Source of the DNA: Anthoceros angustus | Lineage: Eukaryota; Plantae; Anthocerotophyta | Reading direction: 5' to 3' | Assembly (NCBI GenBank): GCA_010909165.1 | Contig: VJWM01000011.1 | Span: 1,551,456-1,615,455, forward strand | DNA length: 64,000 nt | Shown here: positions 63,540 through 64,000 of the stretch, in pieces | Layout of the letters: each line of letters starts with the position of its first letter | Numbering within the stretch: the first letter of the stretch is position 1 | Position numbers and translations under genes: made by a program | The notes under the pieces: model-generated | Told to the model about the DNA's origin: nothing | The model's input: the letters and a program-made list of their open reading frames with translations, nothing else | The model's database searches: none

Positions 63540-64000
63540 GACAAGGTATAGCAGTTCCATCTGGTCGGCCAGGATCTGCCTATTTTGCAGAATAAGTCCC
63601 TCTTGGTGGCTCGGCGCGTAGGGACGTACAACAACCCCAACCCAACTCACCAAGCGTGTGCGACCCCTTGGCAGCATTGCAGGACATGCAACACGAACAG
63701 CAGTTCTGCCAAGTGTCGAGTCCACCTCTGGACAATGGCTTAATGTGATCTCGCGTGAGGCCCCTCAGTCCGACCTTCCCGCAGTACGCGCACATGTTCC
63801 GGTCCCGTCGAAACAAGGCTTCATTGGTCAACGCGACGTGGTGCGCTTACAAGCCTCTGGTGTGCGCCCCTTAGAACCAGAATGCTCTTCAGCTCGATCC
63901 GAGATTGCATGCCCGTGTAGCGGTTAGTCCCGCCCGGAAAGTAAATTCGTAGTCCCCGAACCCGTACGCGAACTTTCCTAGCCGCTCATCCACGATGGCC
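63540..64000 (-). CDS. HNH endonuclease of a bacterial (proteobacterial-type) family; partial (start lies beyond the window), frameshifted
   Basis: FGDYEFTFR.GTNRYTGMQSRIELKSIL, LTNEALFRRDRNMCAYCG, LTRDHIKPLSRGG, CMSCNAAKG, then PYAPSHQEGLILQNRQILADQMELL. No intron is seen in the visible part. Confidence 0.8.

Overview
Repeat-rich nuclear DNA from a eukaryote, most likely a seed-free land plant (hornwort, lycophyte or bryophyte grade). This rests on short GT-AG introns, a PLS/E-type PPR relic, CYP85-clan P450s, Met-PBS Copia elements and an ACR3 gene, which angiosperms lack. The highlight is a co-oriented, operon-like arsenic-detoxification cluster at 2.5-9.5 kb. It comprises a three-exon ACR3 arsenite exporter with a Cys-rich N-terminal extension of about 100 aa, an intact intronless bacterial-type (LMW-PTP fold, thioredoxin-type) arsenate reductase arsC, and a second, pseudogenised ACR3 ending about 340 bp upstream of arsC. 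The middle of the window is a nest of transposon-derived DNA: a MITE-like element, minisatellites, a spliced Crypton/DUF3504-like tyrosine recombinase gene, a Sola2-like transposase and a deleted Copia. The right part has two tandem CYP85-clan P450 genes, one interrupted by a full Copia element, and a proteobacterial-type HNH nuclease gene whose 3' end abuts a CRE-like non-LTR fragment. Scattered 1-2 bp deletions, many local tandem duplications and a garbled tract at 60.7-62.1 kb suggest a poorly polished long-read consensus, so many frameshifts may not be real. All family assignments are by motif recognition, not database search.
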